The position numbers and the translations under genes were made by a program. Under the pieces are notes generated by a model, which was not told where the DNA came from, ran no database searches, and saw only the letters and a program-made list of their open reading frames with translations. DNA of 55,241 bases, filler included, from Streblomastix strix (Eukaryota): assembly GCA_008636045.1 (NCBI GenBank). It is 3 parts of 3 records of this genome, joined end to end, with 100 filler letters (N's around TTAATTAATTAA, not from the genome) between each part and the next. Parts side by side here need not be neighbours in the genome. Positions count along the whole stretch, not along the records: positions 1 to 18,350 come from SNRW01000613.1; 2 more parts are not named here. One strand, given 5' to 3'. How positions within the stretch are numbered: the stretch's first letter is position 1; each line of letters opens with the position of its first letter. Below, piece by piece: positions 1 through 15,274 of the stretch.

Positions 1-3000
1 ACTCGCACCAGTGCATGGGCACTCTACTGCAGTCTTGCCTGTAAGATCATGGCACAATATATCCTTCTCACAAGTGGCTTTAGGATAGTCACCATCTGTT
101 CCTTATGAGCATTTGCATCCAACTGGTGTATCGTACCCTGTGCAAAAGCATTCATCTCTTATATCTGAATCACCAGTGCATGCACATTTATCGACGGGAA
201 TGCCAGTTAAGCCAACGGGGCATGTGCAGCCTGTTGGTGAATATGTTTCTCCTGAACATAAGCATGGGAATTCTGCTGTTTCTGAAGTTGCTACTGTACA
301 TGTAGCAGGATCACATCCTAATGGTAGAGGGTGTTCGAAATCGCCATTAGAACAATCCACTGGTACACGGAGTGGATCATATGTGCATCCTGCTGGTTCA
401 TGGGAACTTGTGCACTTGCATCCTTCTCCTACTTCCTCTGAAGAGCAATCACCAAGACTCTAATATACAAGAGTTGCTTCACATGTAGCACGATCAAATT
501 CAACTGCATTAGACCCTGGTTAATCTTCTGGATCTTCTGCACATGTACATTTGTCTGGATGATTAGTTTTTGTGCAAATGCACGGGAAATCAGTTGTACC
601 ACCAGTACATGCACCTGGAACACAACCAAATGGACGTGGGTGTTCAAAATCGCCTTCTGCTGTACAATCCTTTGGTTCACGGAGTGGATCATATGTGCAT
701 CCTATTGGTTCAAAGTCAGTTGTGCACTTGCATCCTGAACCAACTTCATCTGAAGAGCAATCAGAAAGATCATCATATTCAAGGTCCAATAGGCATTTTT
801 CATGAGTGTAACCTGCATTAGAACCTGGTGTTACTGTAGGAGGTGGGCATCCGCAACCAGTAGGTGTATTGAAAGCTGCGCAAACTCCTGCATTACATGC
901 AACACTATAATCTTCACCTGCTGGACAATCGCAGTCATCATCATCTGGATATTCATATTCAAGGCATTTCTTATCCTCCAAACATTTTGCTGGAGTATAT
1001 GTACCTACATCAGCAGTTGAGCACACACACCCTAATGGAGTTCTTGCTCCTGCGCAATATGCTGGGCAGATTTCTCCAGCTCTTCCATCGCCTTTTGGTT
1101 GGCAGTCGCATATTTCAAGTGGAATACCAGTCAATACTGCATCAGCTGCATCACACTCTTTAGTTTACTGGTAGCATTCATCTTATTCACCATTTCTTGG
1201 ATCACCAGCTAGATAGCATGGGCAGATATCTATTGATACATGTTTCAATTGATCTGCTGTTGCTTCACCACAAGCAATTGTCTCTGTTACACATTCTTCT
1301 CTCAAATCACCAATGGGGAGGCATCCACAAAGAACTATAGGAATATCTAATAATTATGAAGCTTTAGCTGTGTTGCATGCAGCATTTGAACATCCACCTC
1401 TATCATCTCCAAATAGATAGCATGCACAAGTAGTAGTATCAACTTTTGCCAGATCTACTTTTATCAATTCTTTGCACCATTTTGTGTTATCACATCCAGT
1501 GGGTTTTGTTTCTCCATCACCAATAACTTCAGGGCAGTAACATCCAAGAGGAGTTGTACTAGTTCCAACACATGGTTGGCGTCCAGCTTAGCATGTTGTA
1601 TCTGAACCACCACAAAGACATCCATCCTCGTCTTCAAATTCACCAGATCCACAAGGTCCCAAACATCCATCTGGATTTTTTTCTATATTATTGCAGAAGC
1701 AATTGGTATCAGTATTAGATGCGCATAGACAGCCCTTTGGATGGTTACCTCCTATTATGCATTTACATGCTCCTGGGGCAACAGCTGATTCACTACCACA
1801 ATTTGGAACTCTATCAAATAAGCACTATTCGTGAGAATATGTGTTTTCATTAGAAGCTGATGTTGCAGCATCCGCACACTTGCAAGTTCCAGTTGGTTCA
1901 TCTATTCCTGTACATATCTAATTAGCTTTGCAATTAGCTAATGTATATTCTGAACCTGGAGCTTAATCACACACACAATCCTAATTAGCTGCATGAAGAT
2001 CTGCTGTGCATATGCATGCTCCAGTATTTTACGATGATGTACATAAGCATTTTGGATCTCTTGATTCATCTGTACATTCGTCAACCACTGGACAGGTAAT
2101 TCCTCTTCTAGGATCATCTTAAACTGTGCATATACACTTAGATACAGGAACAACTGCTAATAGATCTAAATCAGTTGGGCATGTGCAACTACCTCCGTAA
2201 TATTCAGCAGTACATTAGCAACCTGCTGGGTGAAATTTTGCTGTACCAGCCTAACACAGACATTCTTCATAATCGTATTCTCCAGTGCATCCAATAATAT
2301 GGCACCCTTATGGATGAAAGTATTATCCACAATTGCATGGAATACTAGAAGTGCTAAAACCAATACATCCACTATATGTGCATCCTTCTGGCTCACTATC
2401 AATTGAGCAGACGCAAGGTAAGTCATCAGCAGATTTGCAAGCACATCCTTCTGGATGATGTTCACCTTTTGCACCACACGTACAATCTCCTAGTTTTACT
2501 AATTCCTCGTTATCACCATCTTCTCCACTACAATATTTGGTTGTCATGCATTTCCACATCTCAAAAGGTTCTGGTTCTCCAGCATTGCAATAACAAGTTT
2601 GAGGGTGATGCTCTATGCTACATATACAAGGCCATGTTTCAAATCCTGTAGTACATGTATCCACATAACAGCCCAAAGGCTCAGGCCGAGCAAGTGTACC
2701 AGCGTTACATGGAGTTGACTCAATAGTTGGATCATAATAACATCCCCATGGTCTAAAGTCTAATGTACATTTGCATTATTCTCCAACTTCCTCTGAAGAG
2801 CAATCATCTAATGCTTCGTAAAATTTCCAATATTAGCACCTGGTATTATCGAAATTTATTTCATTGGATGTGGGTTCAGCTGCGGGGCATGTGCAATCCT
2901 ATGGGTGATAATCTAAAGTGCAAGTACATCCAGTTGGTTCACCAGTAGATGCACAATCACATTAACCTGGAGTAATTGCCCCTGATCCGACACAATCAGC

Positions 3001-3076
3001 ATTCTTCATTTTGGGTATGATCCTCCCGTGATTCAAAAGGGCCAGTACAGCAAGCACGTACAAGAATTTAATAGTC
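1..3076 (-). CDS. Cys-rich secreted/surface protein, 3'-partial (mirror copy of 15275-18350)
   Basis: Track ORFs 2323..2676, 520..1134 and 103..360 share one frame and join into a single ORF when TAA/TAG = Gln. It runs off the contig end. Confidence 0.85.
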
Positions 3077-3770
3077 CTATAAATAAAATAAAATATATAA
3101 TAAATATGAATAAAAAATAAAAAAATAATTAATTGAATTTATTACGAGCAAATGATAAGAATTATTTTGAACTTTAAGATAGAATGTTTTAAAGAGAAGA
3201 TATTTATATAATACAAATTTTAAAATCATCGATCCTCAATAACGAGGAAAGTTATGAAATCAATTTGAACGACTTTACCTAGCCTCAGCAAATCATTTGC
3301 GCAATATTTCATTAATAATTAAAGTTTTGTTTGATCATTTTCAAGTGAATAAGATTAAAATATAGTTGTGGATCTTGATTGTTGAGGCTGGACGCATTGT
3401 AACTATGTTTGGCGTATTTCTCCATAACCGTTACCTTCCATCAACTTTCTCTCACTCCATATCCTTCCAAATTCATTCCACAACATTCCTATCGGTGTGC
3501 CGCATACATGGTTGTCAAAATCAAGGTTCGAGTCAATTTCTAGATTATGCTCGACACGCGTTTTGAAAGGCGCCGAATCTGGTGCTTTTTATGTTTTATG
3601 GGCCGGATCGTGGAAATTAAACTTCAAATTTCAGATTCATTTTATTCTATATTTAACTATTATATTTGACTTATATAAATATTTTTACATCTTTAGTGAC
3701 ATTTATCTAATCATATCAATAAAATAGTATTTTTTAATTATAAATTAAATTTTATTATTTATCTGTCTCA

Positions 3771-4290
3771 GGAATCATTCGAAATGGAATCTCTCTATAT
3801 TGCTGCTAATATCACTAACTATATTAAAACTGGATCTAATAATCTAAATCAAATTAATGATAAAGATGTACAATAAGGATATATCAACATCCCAGCAAAC
3901 AACATGGGTATTACTCGAAATCTATTTGAATAATCCAGTGATAATCTAAGAGCTAGGAAATAATCTTTGGCACAGATGATTAACTTATTTGATGAAACTA
4001 AGAAGAATTGGGAATATAGAGGTTAATGGAAGCAGAAGTTGCATCTGAATATTTTTGAATAGAGCTTAATTATAGTGGAAAATATATGATATTGCTAATA
4101 CTATATTGGATAAATTAAGTATTGATGAGAATGATTGACTCAATAAAGAAAAGACATCTGAATAGATTAAATATATTATTGATTCAAATTCAGAAACAAT
4201 GTTAAAGAGAAAAGCTAAAGAAGAAGTTGACCCAAATGGAATATGCAAATATGCTCTATCACATTATAAGCATATTAAGGTGTAAACAGA
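3771..4290 (+). pseudogene. Unidentified degenerate coding segment (mirror at 14061-14580, minus strand)
   Basis: Follows an intron-like ...tctcag acceptor. Reads MESLYIAANITNYIKTGSNN..., then needs frameshifts and contains in-frame TGA. No family recognised. Confidence 0.3.
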
Positions 4291-4570
4291 GGTTCGTTAG
4301 AAATTTATTTAAAAATTCTAATTTCAAATAATATATTTTAATAGTATTTATTAATAATTTTTTTGTCTTAATATCAATTAATATCATTCAGAATGTTAAT
4401 ATTCAGCTGTTCTTAATTTCTGATAGAGAATGCGCTATTGAATTGAAATAGAATTTTAGAAAATCTAACAATGCAAGATACGAATAATAATTATATATTT
4501 TAAAAAATTAATAGTTAAATAATAATATTTCTTAATTCGACATAAAATTTGAAGGTTTGAGAATGTACAT

Positions 4571-6150
4571 ATTTACTTAGCATTCACGAATAGGACAGTG
4601 CTTATAGTTTATATTCATCCAAGTGAGATATTAAAGGTTATATCTCGAGGAAGTCCATTCACATTAGTTCTTTATAGTGCGAGTACTAATCCATCTCCTA
4701 ATGGACTTGTTGCAATTGCTAGTGACACATCAGTTAAATTCATTTCATCTGATGGATTCGCTGAAGTTGAATCATAAAGAATATAATTAGTATAATTATT
4801 AGGACAACGTCAGAGCGTTTGTTTGGATCCAGATGGACAAATTGTAACAGTTACAACATCAGAAGGATCAGTTGTTAACTATATTGCTAATTTCCCAACA
4901 CTTAATGCTAATTATGGACATTTATTAGCATATAGATCATCTCTAAGAGAAGTTAGAGTAGTAGATTTGAATGGATGGGGAACAGGTGATACACCAACAG
5001 AAGCAGTTGTTGTGAAGATTGCACTTGAACCAACTTATTATTGTGTTTGAACTGAACATATGAGAGAACGAATGAATAATCATGCATTAGTATATTCATA
5101 TAGTATATCTAGTGTTGCATATGAGCTTGTTCATGAAGAAAATTATACCAGTACAATTAAGTGCATATGTTTGAGTACACTAACTTTGCAGTATTAATCG
5201 ATTAGCGAGTTTCAGTTATATCTCTGAATAGAAAAGGAAGTATGAATCAATAATAATAATAATAATTTGGTATAAATGAATATGAAGAAAGAAATGAAGA
5301 ATCGGAAGTGCATGTATTTCCAGAAAGAGGATAATCTGATGCAGATGTACTTTCAGTTGCACTTTCATCCGACTTCTTAATATATGGAACAGCATCAGGA
5401 TAGATTGAATATCGAGGATTAGGAGATTGGTCAGAGATTAATTCATATCATCATACACATAGAATTAGATCTATATTTCCTAATACACTTGGAACTAAAT
5501 TAGTATTCTTTGATATGTAAGCATAAGGATATGTATGTTCACCAACAATTGATACAATTATGGCACTTGCTGAAGTTAATCCATATGAAGAAGGTATTTA
5601 ACAAGATAATTATGCGATTATGCTTAATTAAGATCAATAAAAGTTAGCAGGACCATTAATTTTTGCAGATTCAGCACTATTGGATTTTGCAGACATTGGA
5701 ATCTTCATTATTAAATCAACACATAAGTCCCATCATACTACATTTGAAGTATCACCAGATATATATGGAGGAGCTAGAATCACATGCGCTGGATTTACAC
5801 AATTGTCACCTATTATGGAATTAGTAGCAATTCAAAAAGGATTTTGCTATCAACAGACGCAAACAGGAGAGTTATTCAGATCAAAATTAGCAACACAAAC
5901 TCGTCTAATAGAAGCATCTGAATTAATGAAGACAGCAGTAGTTGGATATGGAATTGATGGATATAATGAATTGAATGATTCCGATCGAGAAAGAGAAAGA
6001 TCTTAATTAGGATTACGAGAGATTGCAGAAGATACAATGGAAGCGCGTTTCAGATAGTGTTTGGAATTGAATCAATTGAAAGATACCTGACTTATGTCTA
6101 CAAGAATGTTTTATGAGTCAAAAAATGAGCATTAATATAGTTTGAATAGA
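4571..6150 (+). pseudogene. WDR19: WDR19/IFT144 (intraflagellar transport complex A) internal fragment, disrupted
   Basis: Translation DPDGQIVTVTTSEGSV..LAYRSSLREV..EPTYYCV*..MNNHA..VALSSDFLIYGTASG..IRSIFPNTLGTKLVFFD..QTQTGEL follows WDR19 motifs as recalled (DGQLLALST, IAYLTSLLEV, GMNNRAW, ALTSDFLIYGT, IFPDPNGTRLVFID, QTQSG). In-frame TGA at 5048-5050 and 6088-6090, frameshift near 5180. Confidence 0.85.
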
Positions 6151-9100
6151 AAGCATTAAGAATATTTAATTTATTTTACTTGAGTATATTAATTTTATAT
6201 TAAATCTCATATATATTCTTTAATAAATTAGAATTCATTATCTTTAGCAATTAAAAGAATATTCATTTTTTATTGTTTTTACCCATAAAATGATTTGAAA
6301 TAATTTTTGAAATTTCATAGTAGATTTTTTTTGAATTCTATTTTACAAATTTAAATTTTATTGAAAGTTTAATGATGAATTTAATGCATAAATATATGCT
6401 AAGTGTAAATTTTTTATTTTACATTCAATCTAATTAGGGTATTATTTAATTTGCATTTTTTCTTTATAAATAGGAGTTTTAACAATATATTATATAATTA
6501 AATTTTAAACAGTTATTTATTTTGTATATAATTATATACATTTAAATTTATAATCCCGCAAAAGTTGAAAAAATTCAGATTCTGTCCGGTTTGCTAATTT
6601 CAGAAAATGCGAAATACGTTTCCAGAGCGAAACGGTATATGTTAATATGAAAATTTGGGGTTCGCCCCACAACACAAGAAAATTAAATGCAATATACCAT
6701 TCAATATGCTCAAGACCCGGTAAAAAAAATGTAGGTGTTTTGGCATATTTAATTGTTTAAATATTTACAATATTTTAAAAAACCGATATATATCAGGGGG
6801 AAAAGGTAATAAATATTATCAAATATGTTTAAGTTATTTTGGGAGCAGAGATATCGCAGAATTTATGAAAAAAACGCTCGATTATAAATATAGTTAAAAT
6901 ATTGTATTATACATGCTTCTTAAATATTAAATGAAATGAATGTTGAAAAAATGCTATATTTAATAAATAAATGAAATTGCGAAAGTCAGCGTGTTAATTT
7001 TAAGTTGCAGCTCAGTTTTCTCGACATGTTTATGCTAATAAATATATTTTGTAAGCATAACAAATTAATAATATATAATTATAAATTTATTAGTGTTTTT
7101 AAAGTGTTTGGCAGAAGAGAACTTGTTAAAAAAGGAATTTATTGTTCAGTAATTTGCATCAAAATTCTGCAGTATCTACAAATAATTTTGTTGTAATTGT
7201 TATTTATTTCAATTTGTTTTTGCATATGAATAAAAATTATACTTAGAATAAGAGAAGTGGTACACTACCTATCAGAAGAATGTTATATCAAATAATTTGA
7301 TTATGGAACCCATCAATAAACTACATCAATCTAAAATAATTTTTCATTTAAAACTATTAATTTTATTAATTATGTTTATTTAAATACATTTTATACATAT
7401 TTAATAATTAATTCATTAAAATGAGTATTTCAAGCAAAATAAAAAAAAAAGTTAGATTTCTCGATAACTTTCAAATTAACGTCTATAAATTTTTATGCCA
7501 ATTTGTGCGTCTTATATGATTAAATATTATTTTATTAATAACTCAAAAACGACCCACCGGACATATAATTGGTCCATTTGGAGAGGCTATTTTTTTTTCC
7601 CAATCAAAATTAGAAAAAGCTACCAACTCAGCAAAATGAATATATTTGATATAAAAAATAATTTAAAAAGAAGGATATGATATATTTCAATGAAATAATT
7701 ATGATAGAACTGTTTTATATCTACATACTATATCTTAAAGTGACTAAAATTTTTATATGTTATTAATAGTTGAAAGAATTAATCAGAGTAAATCGAGAAG
7801 GAATATAATAATTACCATTTTCTTTATTATATAATATGTCCATATATTATAAAATAAAATTCAGTAATACTATCATGAGTATTAGTTTAGCGAAGACTAA
7901 GAAACGATCTTATTAATATGGTTTAATAACCATTTTTTTTTATTATATCAATATTTAATTTTATTATAAGTAGAACTATAATGATTGATTAAAACTTAAT
8001 TTATAGAAGATGGAGAAAGTAAGAATAAATGATAATTATATCTTATAACTGTCTGATATGTTTATTTTATCATATTAATTAAACATTTCAAATTTTTGTT
8101 ATAAAATTAGTATTTTATTTATATAATTAATTGTAAGAAATGTTTATTTTCATAAGATTTGTATTAAATTAATAAAAAATTTAATATTATATTATATAGT
8201 GTATTACCAATTTGAACTCATTTTAACTTTCTGTCTTATTCTTTTTCTTCACAACTTCTTCTATGGTTTTCTCCCTCCTTTAAATAACATTATCTTTTTC
8301 TTTACTGATATCTTCTTCTTATTTAACTTAATTATATAATAATTATAATATACATAAATATTATGTGAATGTCATTAATAATAATATATCATTATTAGAT
8401 TTAATTTAATATTCAGAATATATAAATACCTTCTTTTGGATGTTAGGCTTCTCCTGTTCTCTCCATCTGCATTCATCTTATATAGTTATGATCTCTTTTC
8501 TATATAAATATAAATAATAAAATAAAATATAATAATTGTATTTATTTATTTAACTCCTTATCATCACAATTTATTCAATATATAATCTTTTTTAAAATAT
8601 TTAAATTACCTGTATTATGCATTCTCATCATCATTTCCCTTGATCTCTTTCTCAAAGAAGGCAACTTTAACCTATAAATCAGAATTCTCATCTTATAACA
8701 ATATAATATAATGGATTAAAGAATAAATACAAAATAATATTAAATACATAATAATATTAAAAATAAAATAAAATCAATTAATATTATTATTATACCTATT
8801 CCAATATATCCTCCGTTTTCTTGCCTGAATAATCCATATATAATAAACAAACAACCAATAATTAATTAATCTATTATCATATATTATACAATATACATTT
8901 ATCTCCAACTTTCCCTTTATCCTTAATATCCTTACCGTCTCTATCTGATAATAATTACTATGCATTAGTTGATCCATTTGGAGATTATGGGAATGAAGCG
9001 CTTCTGATATGATTGAGTTGTGGAGAGGTTGATTATGGAGACTTGTATCTATGACGAGAAGCTAATATATATAGAATAGAATATATATAATAAAATATAA

Positions 9101-12100
9101 AAAATGTATAAATGTATATGTGATTAATATTCACACTTACAATTCTACCTGAAGGAGAATTCTGTCCCGTTGGTGATTATACTCTTAGAATTCCAAACTA
9201 TTAGAATTTGTGTGATTATTATAATGTATGTGGAAAAGATAATGCTGCTCCTGTTTTTTTCTGAAATGAAATAAAATGAAAAATAAAGATTGAATTAATT
9301 TTGAGTAAATAAAGAGTATATACTAATTAAAATTAGACATTTTGATATAATCATACCTGCCATTAAACAAACAGATGATCAACTAATGCATAGTAATTAT
9401 TATCAGATAGAGACGGTAAGGATATTAAGGATAAAGGGAAAGTTGGAGATAAATGTATATTGTATAATATATGATAATAGATTAATTAATTATTGGTTGT
9501 TTGTTTATTATATATGGATTATTCAGGCAAGAAAACGGAGGATATATTGGAATAGGTATAATAATAATATTAATTGATTTTATTTTATTTTTAATATTAT
9601 TATGTATTTAATATTATTTTGTATTTATTCTTTAATCCATTATATTATATTGTTATAAGATGAGAATTCTGATTTATAGGTTAAAGTTGCCTTCTTTGAG
9701 AAAGAGATCAAGGGAAATGATGATGAGAATGCATAATACAGGTAATTTAAATATTTTAAAAAAGATTATATATTGAATAAATTGTGATGATAAGGAGTTA
9801 AATAAATAAATACAATTATTATATTTTATTTTATTATTTATATTTATATAGAAAAGAGATCATAACTATATAAGATGAATGCAGATGGAGAGAACAGGAG
9901 AAGCCTAACATCCAAAAGAAGGTATTTATATATTCTGAATATTAAATTAAATCTAATAATGATATATTATTATTAATGACATTCACATAATATTTATGTA
10001 TATTATAATTATTATATAATTAAGTTAAATAAGAAGAAGATATCAGTAAAGAAAAAGATAATGTTATTTAAAGGAGGGAGAAAACCATAGAAGAAGTTGT
10101 GAAGAAAAAGAATAAGACAGAAAGTTAAAATGAGTTCAAATTGGTAATACACTATATAATATAATATTAAATTTTTTATTAATTTAATACAAATCTTATG
10201 AAAATAAACATTTCTTACAATTAATTATATAAATAAAATACTAATTTTATAACAAAAATTTGAAATGTTTAATTAATATGATAAAATAAACATATCAGAC
10301 AGTTATAAGATATAATTATCATTTATTCTTACTTTCTCCATCTTCTATAAATTAAGTTTTAATCAATCATTATAGTTCTACTTATAATAAAATTAAATAT
10401 TGATATAATAAAAAAAAATGGTTATTAAACCATATTAATAAGATCGTTTCTTAGTCTTCGCTAAACTAATACTCATGATAGTATTACTGAATTTTATTTT
10501 ATAATATATGGACATATTATATAATAAAGAAAATGGTAATTATTATATTCCTTCTCGATTTACTCTGATTAATTCTTTCAACTATTAATAACATATAAAA
10601 ATTTTAGTCACTTTAAGATATAGTATGTAGATATAAAACAGTTCTATCATAATTATTTCATTGAAATATATCATATCCTTCTTTTTAAATTATTTTTTAT
10701 ATCAAATATATTCATTTTGCTGAGTTGGTAGCTTTTTCTAATTTTGATTGGGAAAAAAAAATAGCCTCTCCAAATGGACCAATTATATGTCCGGTGGGTC
10801 GTTTTTGAGTTATTAATAAAATAATATTTAATCATATAAGACGCACAAATTGGCATAAAAATTTATAGACGTTAATTTGAAAGTTATCGAGAAATCTAAC
10901 TTTTTTTTTTATTTTGCTTGAAATACTCATTTTAATGAATTAATTATTAAATATGTATAAAATGTATTTAAATAAACATAATTAATAAAATTAATAGTTT
11001 TAAATGAAAAATTATTTTAGATTGATGTAGTTTATTGATGGGTTCCATAATCAAATTATTTGATATAACATTCTTCTGATAGGTAGTGTACCACTTCTCT
11101 TATTCTAAGTATAATTTTTATTCATATGCAAAAACAAATTGAAATAAATAACAATTACAACAAAATTATTTGTAGATACTGCAGAATTTTGATGCAAATT
11201 ACTGAACAATAAATTCCTTTTTTAACAAGTTCTCTTCTGCCAAACACTTTAAAAACACTAATAAATTTATAATTATATATTATTAATTTGTTATGCTTAC
11301 AAAATATATTTATTAGCATAAACATGTCGAGAAAACTGAGCTGCAACTTAAAATTAACACGCTGACTTTCGCAATTTCATTTATTTATTAAATATAGCAT
11401 TTTTTCAACATTCATTTCATTTAATATTTAAGAAGCATGTATAATACAATATTTTAACTATATTTATAATCGAGCGTTTTTTTCATAAATTCTGCGATAT
11501 CTCTGCTCCCAAAATAACTTAAACATATTTGATAATATTTATTACCTTTTCCCCCTGATATATATCGGTTTTTTAAAATATTGTAAATATTTAAACAATT
11601 AAATATGCCAAAACACCTACATTTTTTTTACCGGGTCTTGAGCATATTGAATGGTATATTGCATTTAATTTTCTTGTGTTGTGGGGCGAACCCCAAATTT
11701 TCATATTAACATATACCGTTTCGCTCTGGAAACGTATTTCGCATTTTCTGAAATTAGCAAACCGGACAGAATCTGAATTTTTTCAACTTTTGCGGGATTA
11801 TAAATTTAAATGTATATAATTATATACAAAATAAATAACTGTTTAAAATTTAATTATATAATATATTGTTAAAACTCCTATTTATAAAGAAAAAATGCAA
11901 ATTAAATAATACCCTAATTAGATTGAATGTAAAATAAAAAATTTACACTTAGCATATATTTATGCATTAAATTCATCATTAAACTTTCAATAAAATTTAA
12001 ATTTGTAAAATAGAATTCAAAAAAAATCTACTATGAAATTTCAAAAATTATTTCAAATCATTTTATGGGTAAAAACAATAAAAAATGAATATTCTTTTAA

Positions 12101-12200
12101 TTGCTAAAGATAATGAATTCTAATTTATTAAAGAATATATATGAGATTTAATATAAAATTAATATACTCAAGTAAAATAAATTAAATATTCTTAATGCTT

Positions 12201-13780
12201 TCTATTCAAACTATATTAATGCTCATTTTTTGACTCATAAAACATTCTTGTAGACATAAGTCAGGTATCTTTCAATTGATTCAATTCCAAACACTATCTG
12301 AAACGCGCTTCCATTGTATCTTCTGCAATCTCTCGTAATCCTAATTAAGATCTTTCTCTTTCTCGATCGGAATCATTCAATTCATTATATCCATCAATTC
12401 CATATCCAACTACTGCTGTCTTCATTAATTCAGATGCTTCTATTAGACGAGTTTGTGTTGCTAATTTTGATCTGAATAACTCTCCTGTTTGCGTCTGTTG
12501 ATAGCAAAATCCTTTTTGAATTGCTACTAATTCCATAATAGGTGACAATTGTGTAAATCCAGCGCATGTGATTCTAGCTCCTCCATATATATCTGGTGAT
12601 ACTTCAAATGTAGTATGATGGGACTTATGTGTTGATTTAATAATGAAGATTCCAATGTCTGCAAAATCCAATAGTGCTGAATCTGCAAAAATTAATGGTC
12701 CTGCTAACTTTTATTGATCTTAATTAAGCATAATCGCATAATTATCTTGTTAAATACCTTCTTCATATGGATTAACTTCAGCAAGTGCCATAATTGTATC
12801 AATTGTTGGTGAACATACATATCCTTATGCTTACATATCAAAGAATACTAATTTAGTTCCAAGTGTATTAGGAAATATAGATCTAATTCTATGTGTATGA
12901 TGATATGAATTAATCTCTGACCAATCTCCTAATCCTCGATATTCAATCTATCCTGATGCTGTTCCATATATTAAGAAGTCGGATGAAAGTGCAACTGAAA
13001 GTACATCTGCATCAGATTATCCTCTTTCTGGAAATACATGCACTTCCGATTCTTCATTTCTTTCTTCATATTCATTTATACCAAATTATTATTATTATTA
13101 TTGATTCATACTTCCTTTTCTATTCAGAGATATAACTGAAACTCGCTAATCGATTAATACTGCAAAGTTAGTGTACTCAAACATATGCACTTAATTGTAC
13201 TGGTATAATTTTCTTCATGAACAAGCTCATATGCAACACTAGATATACTATATGAATATACTAATGCATGATTATTCATTCGTTCTCTCATATGTTCAGT
13301 TCAAACACAATAATAAGTTGGTTCAAGTGCAATCTTCACAACAACTGCTTCTGTTGGTGTATCACCTGTTCCCCATCCATTCAAATCTACTACTCTAACT
13401 TCTCTTAGAGATGATCTATATGCTAATAAATGTCCATAATTAGCATTAAGTGTTGGGAAATTAGCAATATAGTTAACAACTGATCCTTCTGATGTTGTAA
13501 CTGTTACAATTTGTCCATCTGGATCCAAACAAACGCTCTGACGTTGTCCTAATAATTATACTAATTATATTCTTTATGATTCAACTTCAGCGAATCCATC
13601 AGATGAAATGAATTTAACTGATGTGTCACTAGCAATTGCAACAAGTCCATTAGGAGATGGATTAGTACTCGCACTATAAAGAACTAATGTGAATGGACTT
13701 CCTCGAGATATAACCTTTAATATCTCACTTGGATGAATATAAACTATAAGCACTGTCCTATTCGTGAATGCTAAGTAAAT
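12201..13780 (-). pseudogene. WDR19: WDR19/IFT144 fragment, mirror copy
   Basis: Reverse-complement copy of 4571-6150. Confidence 0.85.
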
Positions 13781-15274
13781 ATGTACATTCTCAAACCTTC
13801 AAATTTTATGTCGAATTAAGAAATATTATTATTTAACTATTAATTTTTTAAAATATATAATTATTATTCGTATCTTGCATTGTTAGATTTTCTAAAATTC
13901 TATTTCAATTCAATAGCGCATTCTCTATCAGAAATTAAGAACAGCTGAATATTAACATTCTGAATGATATTAATTGATATTAAGACAAAAAAATTATTAA
14001 TAAATACTATTAAAATATATTATTTGAAATTAGAATTTTTAAATAAATTTCTAACGAACCTCTGTTTACACCTTAATATGCTTATAATGTGATAGAGCAT
14101 ATTTGCATATTCCATTTGGGTCAACTTCTTCTTTAGCTTTTCTCTTTAACATTGTTTCTGAATTTGAATCAATAATATATTTAATCTATTCAGATGTCTT
14201 TTCTTTATTGAGTCAATCATTCTCATCAATACTTAATTTATCCAATATAGTATTAGCAATATCATATATTTTCCACTATAATTAAGCTCTATTCAAAAAT
14301 ATTCAGATGCAACTTCTGCTTCCATTAACCTCTATATTCCCAATTCTTCTTAGTTTCATCAAATAAGTTAATCATCTGTGCCAAAGATTATTTCCTAGCT
14401 CTTAGATTATCACTGGATTATTCAAATAGATTTCGAGTAATACCCATGTTGTTTGCTGGGATGTTGATATATCCTTATTGTACATCTTTATCATTAATTT
14501 GATTTAGATTATTAGATCCAGTTTTAATATAGTTAGTGATATTAGCAGCAATATAGAGAGATTCCATTTCGAATGATTCCTGAGACAGATAAATAATAAA
14601 ATTTAATTTATAATTAAAAAATACTATTTTATTGATATGATTAGATAAATGTCACTAAAGATGTAAAAATATTTATATAAGTCAAATATAATAGTTAAAT
14701 ATAGAATAAAATGAATCTGAAATTTGAAGTTTAATTTCCACGATCCGGCCCATAAAACATAAAAAGCACCAGATTCGGCGCCTTTCAAAACGCGTGTCGA
14801 GCATAATCTAGAAATTGACTCGAACCTTGATTTTGACAACCATGTATGCGGCACACCGATAGGAATGTTGTGGAATGAATTTGGAAGGATATGGAGTGAG
14901 AGAAAGTTGATGGAAGGTAACGGTTATGGAGAAATACGCCAAACATAGTTACAATGCGTCCAGCCTCAACAATCAAGATCCACAACTATATTTTAATCTT
15001 ATTCACTTGAAAATGATCAAACAAAACTTTAATTATTAATGAAATATTGCGCAAATGATTTGCTGAGGCTAGGTAAAGTCGTTCAAATTGATTTCATAAC
15101 TTTCCTCGTTATTGAGGATCGATGATTTTAAAATTTGTATTATATAAATATCTTCTCTTTAAAACATTCTATCTTAAAGTTCAAAATAATTCTTATCATT
15201 TGCTCGTAATAAATTCAATTAATTATTTTTTTATTTTTTATTCATATTTATTATATATTTTATTTTATTTATAG

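Larger units (their letters stand above)
1..8974. repeat. Left arm of a contig-wide inverted duplication (position x pairs with 18351-x)
   Basis: Mirrored ORF pairs have identical translations and coordinates summing to 18351 (e.g. 103..360 with 17991..18248). Complementarity ends at 8974/9377 (tgcattagttgatc / gatcaactaatgca). Confidence 0.97.

Noticed and set aside
105..2948. Plus-strand His/Gln-rich ORFs and their mirrors at 15403-18246
   Set aside because: Antisense shadows of the Cys-rich gene.
8975..10140. Short purine-rich exon-like blocks with GT/AG edges across the spacer and right arm
   Set aside because: Probably a decayed multi-exon gene, but it has in-frame TGAs and no recognisable product, so no model can be supported.
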